Source: Hormiphora californensis (lineage: Eukaryota; Animalia; Ctenophora). From it: a stretch of 64,000 nucleotides of DNA. The position numbers and the translations under genes were made by a program. The notes under the pieces were generated by a model, which worked only from the letters and a program-made list of their open reading frames with translations, had not been told where the DNA came from and did not search any database. Positions within the stretch are counted from its first letter, which is position 1; each line of letters begins with the position of its first letter. This document shows, in pieces, positions 38,558-55,491 of the stretch. The stretch lies in NCBI GenBank assembly GCA_020137815.1, contig CM035359.1, positions 1,736,001 through 1,800,000 on the forward strand, given 5' to 3'.

Positions 38558-40614
38558 TCTCTATTATAATTTGGAGATGAACGTCGAAGTCGAAGTCGTT
38601 CGTTCAGCGGTATCTAAGCGACAGGCTGCTCCTTCATAAAATACTTCATGTGCCCAAAGCTGTGAAGCAGTGGTGAAATATTACGTAACTACGGAAGCTA
38701 AGATGGAAGTAGCGCCGCGCACGCACAGATGCTGCTCACAACGATTGCTTTAACTTCTACTTCCGCCGCGCGCGTTCATGACATGACCAATTCGTCACAT
38801 CATTTTGTTCATGTTGCTATGGGCACTGATTTAGTTGTTTTGGGTCCTCTTGATGTGTGCTCAGTGAGGGTGTGCTATTTTTTCAAATGCCTAATTTAAT
38901 TCAAAATTTCACTTGGTATCGGGTTAAATGAGCTCCTACGATCATTCTAAAACATTTTATCACAAAGTTTTGGCTCTACCATGGCCCAATTACGTTGGCA
39001 CGAGCTATGCCCATATATGGGCATATTCATTTCAAAAAGTCTGTTTTAGGGCGTGATTTCGAACAAAACACACATATAAATCGTCTCGTGACAACTTATA
39101 CAACTGTTACTTTCAGTTTGAGTCTTCAGATATCCACTTTATAACAAAAATAAAAATTTTTCTCCCTTTTTTTCTTGCTAATTTTACCAACTTGCAGAAT
39201 CGTGGGGACGAATTTTAATTTTTTTAAGTTTTTTCTTGGTGGAGGAAGCAAATTTCGGTTTTGTAATCGACTAATTTTGGCCTGCGGAACACGATCCCGT
39301 TCATGAAAAAGCTCCTCAAAATTTAAGAACATGTCCCAAAATGAACATTTTTGTCAAAAAATGACCATTTTTGTCAAAAATGAACATTTTTAGGTCAAAA
39401 ATGAACTTTAGCATCATTTAATGATGCATATCAATTCTTGTCAGTTTCGAGGTGCTGAACACGATCCTGAACATAAAAAGTTGATATCAAGAACATGTCA
39501 AAAACTGGTGAAAACCACACATATTTCCCTGTTTTTACCATTTTTCGGTTAAAAACTACACTTTTTAAATCGCGATGCCAACGTAACTGACAAACACTAT
39601 CTCAATTCTGTTTTGCTGATGTGATAGAGAATTGTCCATTGTTTCACATTAGCTAGATACTGAATGGCCTAGTCGAAAAAAATTTGAAATAGCAGGAGCA
39701 GTGAGCACTGCTCACTGCTCCTGCTATCCGATCACATTTCATCTCATCAGAACCCCAGCCCTGTCAGTGTCACATATCTCATCAGCTCTGTACACTGCAC
39801 AGTGTCACATGTTTAAATTACCACACCCATTCTAAATCAGATGGCAAACCCAAAGCGTTATGTTTAACACCCGGCCCTCTTTTGTGAGCAGTTGTTTTTA
39901 CTTTGCTGGCAGTTTGTGATCATTTCGGAACATAATTTAGCAATTCAGTCTCCATAGTTACCGATTTAGTTACCATGGCAACCATTGAATTGGTGACATA
40001 TATGTGGGAAAAAGAGGGCCACCCGGCGCAGCCGGGTGGTTTATCAAAAAGCCCTTATTTGTTGGATCCATCGTATCCTATTCTCGCTCCGCGAATAATA
40101 GGATCCCGGCCCGTTGAGAGCAAGAACTCACGTGCGCGCGATATAAAGCACGTTTTCAGCAGATCGCGCGTGATAGACCGTTTTTGGAGACCTTTTTAGC
40201 TGACCTAGCACTACTCAAAGGTCAATTATGGCCTCATTTCGCATCGAGATGAATCGGCGGGTATTTTCCCATACTCACAAGGCCATGACGATTCCCCCAG
40301 TACCCGCAGATTGTCCCAGGACCGAGTAGGAGCTTGCAGCCAGGTCTTTAAAGAATTGCTCATGTTTAGCGTCAATTTTGACCCACTATTCCTCAAATGC
40401 TGATACTCGCGGGTATTTTCCGTAAAACTAGAGACAATTATCTGCCAGGAGCAACAAACGAGATGCAAATCGGTTCAGTAGTTCCTTGCAGCCAGGTCTT
40501 TGAAAAAGTTTGCTCTAAAATCAATAATGGACCGGAGGCCTAGATGTGAGATCGATCTCACTCAGGCATCAATGTGGCCAACCTTATTTGGGGCGCACCC
40601 AATGGGTGCGCTAG
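38558..40614 (+). mobile_element. 2.06-kb non-autonomous Helitron
   Basis: Inserted between A and T of AGTTTTA|TTTCGTTATATG with no TSD; 5' TCTCTATTATA; 3' hairpin GCGCACCCA-A-TGGGTGCGC overlapping CTAG. Confidence 0.85.
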
Positions 40615-40728
40615 TTTCGTTATATGTTTAAGATGAAATGAGTTCATCATAGTTTTAGTTTTATTTCGTTATATGTTTAAGATGAAATGAGATGGATTTC
40701 CCGACTCAATTCACTCTCTAATTTTAAG

Positions 40729-42966
40729 GTGCAAGAGTTTCACGAGGTCCAACTTGGGAAAAGCACCGGATCCAGCACAGTTATACGAAACCCTGCTTTT
40801 GGGACTTTGCCAAGTATGGACAGGTTTCCTGAGTTTGTCCCACCCGCCAGGCCAAGTTTGGCAGAAGAGGAAATGGGGATCAGGGATCAGGATTTACCAG
40901 TTTTTCAGTGAGCGCTTTTATTGAATGAATTCTCATCTTTGAAAATACTATTTTATGTTTATAAATTAATATATCGCTAATGAAATCCAAATCAATGTCT
41001 CCTCCAGATGGGATGATTTCGCTGATCCCACGGCCCCTGATCCAGACCACCACGGAGGGGGAGCTGCTGGGGGAGGAAGGTGGAAGGGGGCTATGGATCT
41101 AACTGACCTGAGAAGCAGCATGGAACCAGACGATCTAGAACCTGTCTTAGCAGAACAATTCCACATCCCAGGGGAGAGCAGTACCGATCAAATATCCACA
41201 AGCAAATCAAGTGAGAGGGAGGAGGAGGGCGTTCAGATGAGTTTCAAAGATAAAAAGATAGACCAGGGAGTTGAGGATCACCGGAGAGAGGATGATAGTG
41301 ATGGGGGTGATGGAGAGTTTGAGTTTATTGTTCCTGTTGATACAACGGATATTTACCAGGTGAAATCTAATTGTTTTATCAGGACTATTGATTGTATTTC
41401 CTCCGTTTTGGGGTATGTTTTACACGGCTATTTCCCTTTATTTTCTAACCAGATAATCAAAAAGAAAATAATAAAGAACCTCTCTCCTTATAGGACATGC
41501 TCCAAGCGCTCAATAAATCAATGCGGAACTACACCAGAACGGTTGACAACATACCCACTACTGCTGCGGAGGGTAGTACTTCGAGTAGTAGTGATCAAGT
41601 AGTTGGGAAACATGAGCCATCTCCAGTTATTAGGAGGGATGTGTTAGCACTCAGTAAGTTTGTGTGAAAACCACGACCGTTGTTGAGTAGGGGGGGGGGG
41701 GTGACACGTAACACTTTGTAACACTTTGTAACATGTAACGTGCACAAAATATTTTCTGCACATGTTACAAAGTGTTACAAGCGTTACAAAGTGTTACAAA
41801 GTGTTACAAAGTGTTACAAAATGTTGCAAAATGTTGCAAAATGTTGCAAAAAATGCCCATTTTGTAACATTTTGTAACACTTTGTAACATTTTGTAACAC
41901 TTTGTAACATTTTGTAACACTTTGTAACACTTTGTAACACTTTGTAACACTTTGTAACATGTAACGTGCACAAAAAGTTTTCTGCACATGTTACAAAGTG
42001 TTACAAAGTGTTACGTGTCACCCCCCCCCTGAGTAGATACCAGAGGGGGTTGATCATTGCATCTGTGATTTAAATTTGCGTTTAGGAGGGTATAACAATC
42101 AACGTTTCACTAATTCAAACTTCTATCTCTAGGTCTGGGTGGAGGAGACACGTTTGAAGTTGACGAACTCTCCGCGTCCTTTGGATACCAAGGCTCCTAC
42201 GAAGACTCGATAGATGATATTGAATCTGACCTTCCTTCTACACCCTTGTTTTACCCTCCCTCGCCACCACCACAACCACCACCTGAGGATAGTACCGCAG
42301 CAGGGGACGAGAGCAGCGAGGCGCCCATCTCCCTACAATCACTACAGACTTCCGCAGGTACAGGGAGATATATCCAATTCATTGGGTAATGTTATAATTT
42401 TTTACAAACAACACGTCGTTCAGAAATGAGGTTTCGGGTTGGAAATGATAATAATTTCTGACACACTCCTTAATTCAGTGGCTAAAAAGAAGGCCCCTTC
42501 TACTGCCCCACACTACATCATTTCTGACTCACTCCTTATTTCAGTGGCTAAAAAGAAGGCCCCTTCTACTGCCCCGCACCACATCAACCCCCGACAAATA
42601 TCCCGACCTCGATCAAGCAGCTCATCAAGCAGCTGTAGTAGCGGTGTGTCACGAGATCAAGCTACTGACATCTCCATCGGGGCTGACAGTGCCTCATCTT
42701 CTGAGAAATCAGAGAAAAACCAGAATTCTGAGACTGATCTAAATGATGATGATGAGGACGTTGGTACAATGAATGGAGGTGAAGGAGGGGATGATAAACA
42801 GCAACCGATTGATAGATGGTTGATAGAACACATAAAACGATCAACTAATCCAGGTATAACACCACTATTTCTAACTCGTACAAGATTTTCTACAGCTCTT
42901 TGCAAATCTCCCTCCTCAATTCCTTTATCAAATCCGATTTCTGACCACTCTCTCTCACGGTTTTGA
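40729..42966 (+). CDS. Multi-exon acidic Ser/Pro-rich protein of unknown function (5' end unresolved)
   Basis: Exons 40729-40907, 41008-41359, 41494-41653, 42133-42357, 42545-42853 and 42896-42966 join in one open frame with GT-AG introns and matching phases. Confidence 0.65.
41690..42029. mobile_element. MITE built of (TGTAACACTT)n inverted arrays
   Basis: Poly-G GTGACACGTAACAC ... GTGTTACGTGTCAC poly-C termini flanked by direct repeat TGAGTA. Confidence 0.75.
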
Positions 42967-43866
42967 GCCAAGCACGCGAGAAAGGGTCAGCGCGACGCCT
43001 CACAGATATCTAACCTCGAATCATCCTCCTCTTCCTTCTCAGTTGCGAGTGTGGTTAGTTCAATACAGAAATCACAGCCATCCTACTCCGAGGGGTACTC
43101 AACCAATATCCTTCTCTATGCCTACACAGCCATCTTCTACTGTACTCAGGTATGGGATAGGCGATACCTTGAGAAATACGGGCACTTCAGGCACCTCTGT
43201 GTGTACAACAAACCATAGTTGGAGATGCAAATACATGAACAATATCTTTCTACACAGGTTCAGTTTGTATGTGTAACCTTCTACGAACACCTCAGCAACA
43301 CCACCTCACCCCCCTCTGGTCGCAACAACAGTTACACCCCGGTACCCGGTCACAACACGAGCTACATTTTCTTTCTCCTCCATCATCTTCTATTTCCCGC
43401 TGTAACTATTGCAGTGTGTACACCGTTAAGGATTGTATTAGCCAATAAGGGGGTTAGAATGGCAGTTAGGATGGGAGAGTGTTGGTCTGGTATTAGGACA
43501 TTTGTCTTGTGGGTGTCACGCGGTATTGTTAGTTAATGTTTAGTTAATGTTTAGTTGATATTGAGTTATTGAGGAAGTTTTTAATGTGTGAATTATTTGA
43601 TTTTATTTGACTGTATATTTTGAAATTGTAGCTGGTATTTTTCAGTTAAACTAAACTATAATGAAATCTTCGTTAGAACTGTGCCCCATATAATGGTATA
43701 TGTATCACCCCCGAACACGTGATAACTTGATAAGGGATGAACACGTGATAACAGCGGATATTGCAACGGGAAATAAGTTAAAACACCATCAATCATCATC
43801 AAAATAATTTCTCGCAATGAAACGCTTCCAATATCATACCACAACTCACGCATTTCCTATATATTT

Positions 43867-46311
<2,445 letters not shown>

Positions 46312-47726
46312 GGCTACAGTAACAATATAATAGGGGAGTTTAATGGGCCCCGGGCGCTTGCCAGCGCTATGATTAGTCACAGGTGACCCAATAGAAATAC
46401 AGGTGGTACTACCACTGTGGTAGTCTTATTGTTCCATGTAATACCCAGCGGCTGGATCCCAGCCTATAGCTACATTGCTTCAGTTTATTTTCTTGATGAT
46501 CTGATCGCAAGACATCAAGTACATCCGTGTGTACAATTGTATTGCTGTTAGTAAAGCGACTGTCTATCTAGCGGAGTAACGTTTTAATGGTATTGATAAC
46601 AACAGACACTGCAGCCTCTATCAGCAAGCTAGAGACTTAATCTCTGTCTTTGTATTTCTCCGGTCTCCCTCTCTCTCTCTCTCTACTTCCCTCTCTGCCG
46701 CCGCCTCGCTTTCATTAACAATTCTTGACTGTCAGAGCATTGGCCTGACCCTATTCTCATTTCTCTAAAATAAGTTCTGCACACGGTATATGGTCAGAGC
46801 ATTGGCCTGACAGATTCTTGACAGCACTGCAAAGATATGACTCCTAACCTCCAAGACACACCCCAAGTTACTTTAATTTTTAGTTGTCTCGGTTCCCAGT
46901 TCCCAGATGAATTTAATTAAATTTAGACCTAGCAAGGCGAGTATATTGTGCCATTTATTTTTTTATAGAATCTCTTCCCAACCTCTTTAAGTCGTTGGAA
47001 TTGATAGGTCATGTCAGAGTCCCGTACAGTTTCTTAAATGAATAGACATTAAGATGTTAAACTGAGATGCTAATGGAATACACGTGCTTATAAAAGAGCG
47101 AATTAACTATAAAAGAGAGCCCGATAATTTTGCTACCTAAAGAAATAATTTTACTGCCTAAAGGTCATGATTGAAAAACTCCTTTCTACCGAATGCCCTC
47201 TAAATGCCCTCTAAATTCTCAAAATATATCTTGAATACTCATACACCTGTTTTCTAGGCTAGGACTCTTAGCCTCATCAGGCAGCTGTGCCGCTTTGAAT
47301 GCATTTGACATCTGCTATCTAGCTACCTACAATATCATGATGTTAAAGCGGTCTCTTTCTCTTTCTTTTCTCTCTCTGTCCCTCTTTCCCCCTCTCGGCT
47401 CTCTCCCTTACTCTCTCCCTTACTCTCTCTCTCTCTCTCTCTCCCTTTCTCTCTCTTCCTCCCCATTTCCTATTAACCTCATGAAATTCAGTGCCATTTT
47501 TGTCCTTTGCCTCCCTGCCTGTTTAGACAATTCAGTCTCTATGTGTTAGGGAGAGTATGAGTTGTTCAAATAATGGACAGAGTGACGCTCCCTCCTTTGT
47601 TTAAAATTAAACTAAATAGATGGAGCTGCACACGTCCCTTTATCTTTGAACAGATACGTTTATTCGATGATTTTTATTGTGTAGTAATTATTGTCAGCTA
47701 ACAAAATACCACGCATAGTTTACAGT

Positions 47727-48714
<988 letters not shown>

Positions 48715-49389
48715 GTAAGATGTTGGATCTAATACTAATAGGGAATAGGGATAGTAACATGTATCTGTCAAATTCAGTTCGTTGTAATCAAAAGTTTTGG
48801 GCACTTTTGATTGCATACAATTCTAATCGCTTCCATTTCCACTCCGGTCTACAAACAATGTCGGAAGTGGAAATATGAGCAACTAGACTTCTGTATGATC
48901 AATAACAAGGAGGGAAACACAAAACAAGGGGGTGTGGGGAAGGGGGTGGTAACACTCATTACAGATATTATCCCGACCATGTATGAAACAACAAACCTGC
49001 TATAACAACGTGGACCGATCAGCGTGGAACAACCGAAAAGGAAGAAACATCAGAAGATGAACTGACCCTGAGCGAGTATATCTCGACCTGTTTATGTCAT
49101 ACTAAAATGAAAGATTGTGTTAATGAAAGAGCTATAGAAAGAGAACTGTATTTTCTGAGCTGTGAAATAATTTAGTCTTGTTGTTTAAACTGTCAATGAT
49201 ATTAAACACAAAACATTTCATCCAAAATCGCAATATTATAGTGCTTCAGTTGGGCGAGATAAAACGATAAGTTTTCATATCAGTGCTCTTGTCAACATGA
49301 TTGTCTGTGCAGTCAATCTCTCTTCACGCTACAGCCAGCTGAGAATGATCGATATAATATTGTCCTGTTATTAATCTGTGTTAAACCCC

Positions 49390-50932
49390 CTACTTTCCTC
49401 CCCCAAATCCACCAAACCCCATAACAGCAGCCATCTCAGGATCAATATCAGCAGATGCTGCCTCTTCCTCCGCTTTCTTCCTCTCTTTTCGGCGCTGTTT
49501 CTTTGATTGTCGTTGTTTTTCTTCCTCTTCCTGACGCTCAATAGCACGTACCTCGAGATCATAGTCTTCTGCCTAGAGGGTAGGAGTAGTATAATTTAAT
49601 AGGGGTTAAAACTTGGGGTTGGGTAGTGTTCTGCCTAGTGGATTATTAAAGCTAACTAGCAAACCCGTTCGCCCTACGGGCGAATTTCAGTGAAATGGTA
49701 GCTGGATTAGGGAACACTGAAATATGATCCCTCTCCTTTTCTCTCTCTCTATCTCTCTTTCTCTCCTATGTGTGTGATTTGACCTCTCAAGTTCTCAAGC
49801 ACTTGTGATACGTGATACCTACGAATCACATCGTCACATCGACGGATCACGTCGTCACATTGACGGATCACGTCGTCACACTGACGGATCACGTCGTCAC
49901 ATTGACGATAGGGTGTCACATTTCCGTGCAAATTTGCATTAGATATAGTTAGATACTGTGGTCCGAACTGTGGATTGGAATGAATATGAGAAAGAACAAA
50001 CACTACAACTAAAAGTTCGCATCAAAATCTAACTACATATTAATTACCAGATTTTTCTGTTCTTCTTCGTTCTTTCTCTTGTTCTTATCAAATCTGGACC
50101 TGACCTGATCTAGTGTTGATCGTTCTACCTTCATTGACATGCCCAGGTTTCTCTGATCTGTGAAAGAGGCAACATTATAAGGGCACTGAAACAATGAAAT
50201 AATCATTCAAATATCTTTCTCGCGATTAGATTTTGTTGCTTTACAGTCCCCCAAAAAGTTTCCAAATCGAAACTGAAAGTTCAACTTACGTTTCTTTCCA
50301 TTAATATGGTCCAGATAATTGATAGAATCCTTGACGACACAATCACACACATTACAATAGTACCCTCCCTGCAGAGCACCAGGAGTCTCCTTGGTAACCA
50401 CTATCGTCTTGCCCAGTCTGGAATCTAGATCAACCTGAGGGCGATCATTGCATGGGTGGATTTACCGGGGGGGGGGGGGTTACCGGGGTGATTTACCGGG
50501 GTGGTGAGAGGGTGCAGTAGGGGAGGGACCAGGGGTTGCACAATGCACCCCCACTTCCCCTAAAGCGGTAAACTATTGTAAAGATGGGTGATACTCAGGA
50601 GATTAATGGGAATAAGGGGAATACCTTGTGATCTCTCGCTCGCAGCAGTTCTCTCTTCACTTTGATCTCCGGTAGCGGGTCTGAAATAATAGAGGATAAC
50701 AGCATATCTAAACCACTTATTTTGGTAACAAACAAGCTCTATAAACAACTCTTCAAGTATAAATATCTTTGTTTTGTTCAAACGGGGCGCGGGGAGGGAG
50801 GGTCGAACAAGGCACAAATATCTCTAGTTAACTAAGTAGGAGTTGGGTAGACTTACTTTCCTCAGCGTATATTCTTTCCGAGGCCTTCTTTTCATACTCC
50901 TCTTTGTCCCAAGTCCTTCTGTAACCCGTCAT
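49390..50932 (-). CDS. ZMAT2: Zinc finger matrin-type 2 / Snu23 spliceosomal protein (189 aa)
   Basis: Exons 50932-50857, 50680-50625, 50434-50290, 50157-50048 and 49572-49390. Motifs [55 protein letters not shown]. Confidence 0.97.
49656..49953 (-). mobile_element. Short non-autonomous Helitron in ZMAT2 intron 4
   Basis: Minus strand: A|TCTAACTATAT ... hairpin TTCGCCC-GTA-GGGCGAA ... CTAG|T; same 21-bp repeat as 17042-17329. Confidence 0.8.
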
Positions 50933-51784
50933 ATTGGTGCAGCTAACAATATATTGGTGATTGTTAATCAGGAAAATTGGTTAGATAATTAACTGCAATT
51001 AACGAAGTTTGACAAATCTGTCCCACTGGAAAGTTGTGCGCGCCAAAAGTGAAGTGCTGAAAAGTGTGCTTTGATCACAATGGTGACGCCGCGCATACCA
51101 GCAGTTATTACTGCTCACAAATCACAACACATCTGATTCCATATATCAAGGAACGCCTGCTTGCATCACAACACATCGTGCGATATTGTGATGGCGGGTG
51201 CTTTCTTGAATCTTAGTTATCTGATTAAGGGACGAGACACAAAATGACAATGGTGATTTCAACAAACAAAACACCGACTACAACTCTAGGGAGTTTTGAA
51301 GTAATCATAATTGATTTAGAATCAATCCTCTGAAGAGAAGAGAGTCATTGTGTCTAGACGGACATTTGAACAAAGTTAGGCAAGATACCATGATACTATC
51401 TGATTACAGAACCTATAATTACTTATATGTAATTGCTTCAAATTGGTATCATTAATTTGTTTTGAATACTTTTGATACTATTACTACTTCGATTTAAACA
51501 GTTGCATATCTAGGTATCTAACCCCCTTTCTCTCTAGGAGAGTGAGATGGAGAGATTCTCCCCCACACACACATAATATACAACTTGGGTCTTGGCCATC
51601 TCACTGTACGTCAATCATCGTGACGTCACGTATACACTGTAGTATGATATAAAGCCAAACGCCTGTCAGGCTTACACAAACACTGTCCACATTGTACCAG
51701 ACAACTGTTCTACCGTGTTTGTCTTATTACGCTCTTGTTAATTGACTTGTTAATTGACTTGTTAATCCAATCCTAGTTCCTACC

Positions 51785-53485
51785 ATGGCTCAATATGGGG
51801 CTCAACCTCCTCCCTATCCTGACCAACAGCAGCCCTACCCCGGTCAATCCTACCCGGGCCAGCAGCAACCGTATTCTGGTCAACCATACCCTCAACAACA
51901 ACAGCCTTATCCTGGTCAACAGTACCCTCCGCAGTCTTATCCCCCACAGTCGTATCCCCCACAGCAAAATTATGTAGTGGTAAGCCGTAAGTCTAGCATT
52001 CTTGATGTTTGGGTTTTTGACCCAATTAAATCTGTTGTGAAATTTGGGCTAGGAGCCCAAAAACTCCCTATACTACCCACCAAATGCTTCGGGGGTCCCT
52101 TTCCTCCTAGTGTTGTAAAAGACAGGGTAGAAAAAGAAATGATAGTTACTAACTGCCCAAATACTTCTCAAATAGTCCACGAATGACCCTTGCTATGTTC
52201 TAACCCTCCTTTACATTTGTAAAGGGCGGAGCGCAAGGAAAGAGGGTCGAGCAAGGCAATCTAACCCATGATCCACAGTGGTCTTTTGGTGGTCACTAAG
52301 AATTTGAAGAAACATTTTTTTTGAACCTATCTGGTTGCTTTTTGGACGTAGAATCCAATGCACCCCTCACTCATGCCTTGATTTTTTGAGGAAAGTGGTG
52401 TTTTTCCCAAAAGAAGGGTAATTGAAAAATTTTCGAAAAATTTTTTATGGGCTTATCTTGTAGCTTTTTTTGACGTAGAATCAAATGCACCCCTCACTCA
52501 TGCCTTGATTTTTTGAGGAAAGTGGTGTTTTTTCAGTTTTTAGTCTTTTTAGGCTTCTGAGGCAACCATACTTAAAATTTAGCTGGAGTAGGTGAAATGG
52601 GGATCCATAAAAATTTAAATGTGGTTGATAGTAAGAAATCGAACAAATTTAAATCTCATTCAAAAATTTTTTTTCAAACTTCATCCAGGGCGTTTTTATG
52701 GTCAAAAAACGAAGAAAACTTGATTTTTCGACCATAATATACAAAAGTACGCACTTGAAACCTTTTTTATCAGAAAGGCCAGACAATTTCCTATCTTTTG
52801 GTCTATAGGACATCGATGAGGTTCGATGAGGAGGCTGGGGAGAAAGCGTTAAAGAAGGCGTGTTTGTTTACTTTAAAAAAACGATCTTTCAAAAGTTTGC
52901 GACCTAACTTTTTCGAAAATTTTTCGATTACCCTTCTTTTGGGAAAAACACCACTTTCCTCAAAAAATCAAGGCATGAGTGAGGGGTGCATTGGATTCTA
53001 CGTCCAAAAAGCTACCAGATAGGTTCAAAAAAATGTTTTCCTTAATGACCACCTACTCCCATGAAAAAGGCCACTGTGTGATCCCCTATAACAGGTCCAG
53101 CAAAACACCCAAGTTGCACCTAATACCAACACTGTGATTGCCTGGATAGCCTGCTGCTGTTTCTTCTGGCCCATTGGACTGATCGCAGTTCTGAAGGCAC
53201 GGAAAGCTGAAGATGCTATCAAAGAAGGTCGAATGGATGACGCCAGGGAGTATGGAGAGGTAAGATAATACTAAATTTATCGACTCTGGGATTTTTTTCT
53301 ATTATATTCTGTATGATTATCTAACGCACTCCCCATTTCAGTCAGCCAAAAAGTTTGCCATAGCCGCTATAGTGACTCAATTTATCTTAAGTGTGGTAGC
53401 CGCGATCTTCTACATGATAGTCTGGGGAACTGTGGCCTCCAGGCTATTGAGTTCAATCAGGTTATGTGGGCTACTAGTGCCATAA
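51785..53485 (+). CDS. CD225/dispanin family membrane protein with a P/Q/Y-rich N-terminus (PRRT1/IFITM-like, 167 aa)
   Basis: Exons 51785-51979, 53095-53259 and 53342-53485. Motif IACCCFFWPIGLIAVLKA...GRMDDAREYGESAKKFA followed by a C-terminal TM helix. Confidence 0.9.
52274..53078. mobile_element. Non-autonomous Transib-like element
   Basis: CACAGTG ... CACTGTG termini; 5-bp TSD TGATC (52269-52273, 53079-53083); ~150-bp inverted subterminal arms. Confidence 0.85.
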
Positions 53486-55380
53486 TCAAGAAAATCTCAG
53501 GACACTTGGACAGTGGACATGCAACTAAATAAGAGTGTGACAGCAAAAATAGGAATCATTAGCCTGTTAGTTGTGAGTAGCTGTTTAGTTCTGAGCGTTT
53601 TAAAAGTGTTTTGTACATATCACTGAAAAAGTTCAACTAGCAAACCTGATACGAAACAAATATAGTAGAAGCGACATAATACATCAAAACTACTTTATCT
53701 AAGCCATGAAATATGTTTATTTTGTTCGAACGATATTTTTGTTCAAACCCGTATTATTTATTTTATAAAAAGGGTGGAGCGTGCGAAAGGCGGTCTAGCT
53801 AGGCAAATTATAGTCGAAGTTGTTCCCTACTGAACATGGATTAGAAGCTCAAAGCCGCTAGGAGACAAAGGAGAGGAAATTTATTAATGAGGCACACCAA
53901 ATCGTGAGCGAACCTGCCACAAAATCCGCCAAATTGGCAATATCACAAATGGAGAGCGTTTCAACAGAGCTGGACAGAGCAACTAAATGTGGACAAGTTG
54001 TTTGATTTGTGTGGAAAAGTTGTTTGATTTTGTGTTATTCTCTTGAAATTGGTGTAGTCCTTGTCTACTCACAAATATCTTCATTTTCCATGTATCGTTA
54101 CTGGAAAAACGAAGAAAACCTTCCCCGAATCGTGTCTCATGTCGCCTAACCATCCTAATAAGCTTCACCGAATCATGTTCCATAACCCGTATCGTCTCAC
54201 ACTGCCAATAAGGCGTCCCTGAATCGTATCTCATAACCATCACCCCAATTAGAAACACTAACACAATTTTTGTTAGTGAAAATTGTTAATGAAAACAATA
54301 ACACAATTTTTGTTAGTGAAATTTGTTAGTGAAAACGCTAGCAAAATGTTTGTTAGTGACGTCACTCACGCATGTAGGGGACACGGGGGCCAAGTAGGCC
54401 ATGGCCCCCGCAACTTTTTCGGTTGCCCATACAAAATTGGATGTTTGGACCCCCAATCATTGAATTTCACTACCTTACACTGGTTTTCGCTTGGCTTCTC
54501 GCTTATCTTGCGAGCATGGGAACGGCTTCGGTTATCGGGGTAGACCTTTTCTATCCTCCCTAATTAATATCTTGCTCTCTCTACCTGACAATCTTTGCTA
54601 ACACCCAAACTATTCTTGATTTCTACCACTCTCGTCTCACTGATGACTTACCCTCTTATCTCACCGATCCATGTCTCTCTCCTACCCTTTCTCTCCCACT
54701 CCGGCCTTACTCTGTCAGGCCAATGCTCTGACCACAGTTCTCGCACGCTCTTGAAGAAATGCTCTGACAGGCCTTACTGGATGATCGGGTCTGTGGACCG
54801 TTCTTCGACTTTCGTCAATAACGACGCGTTCTTGACGAAAATGGCGACTTTTTGGTATAAACATTTTTTTCCCGGGCTCAGCTGTCGCTTCGCCCAATCT
54901 ATAGAGTTTCCAATAAAAAACTCGGGGTATGTCATATCACGTGACTGGTCAGTGGTCACGTGACTAAAAAATTTTGGCCAAAAATGGCCCCCCCCCCCCC
55001 CCCACAACTTCGTCGTCACTAACGAAAACACAAACAAAAATTTTGTTAGTGTCGGCCATTCCTAACAGTGCCCCTTTTTTAAACACAGCCTCAGAGATGT
55101 AGCCCTGACTTTATTGGTCGTTTAGTCATTGGAAAGACCTCGATACTGTCTTCCCAACGAGATTGTGCGATGTGAACAAGAAATGACCGAGTTATTGCCA
55201 CAAAAATTCAAAATTTGACAATAAAAGGGGTTTTACTCCACCGTTATCCGACTGGGTAGGCTTAAATGCACTTATTTTCGATCACAAGCATCAGACAGCA
55301 TGCCCTAAGTCAAACAAAAAAGACTTTGAAACTTTTGGAGACAAAATTTTTTTCAACTTTTTTAGTGGAAGCTCTTACGG

Positions 55381-55490
55381 TTTTTCCCACGCGCGCGGCT
55401 CAAATCCTGAGCTGTGATTGGCTGAAATTTCGAGCGCGCGAAATTTCAGCCAATCAGAGCGCAGGATTTGAGCCGCGCGCGTGGGAAAAA
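55381..55490. repeat. ~110-bp imperfect palindrome / MITE
   Basis: TTTTTCCCACGCGCGCGGCTCAAATCCTG ... CAGGATTTGAGCCGCGCGCGTGGGAAAAA. Confidence 0.8.
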
Positions 55491-55491
55491 C

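Noticed and set aside
54256-55051. CACTA/EnSpm element (CACTAAC ... GTTAGTG)
   Set aside because: No TSD and ambiguous ends; probably nested MITE fragments.
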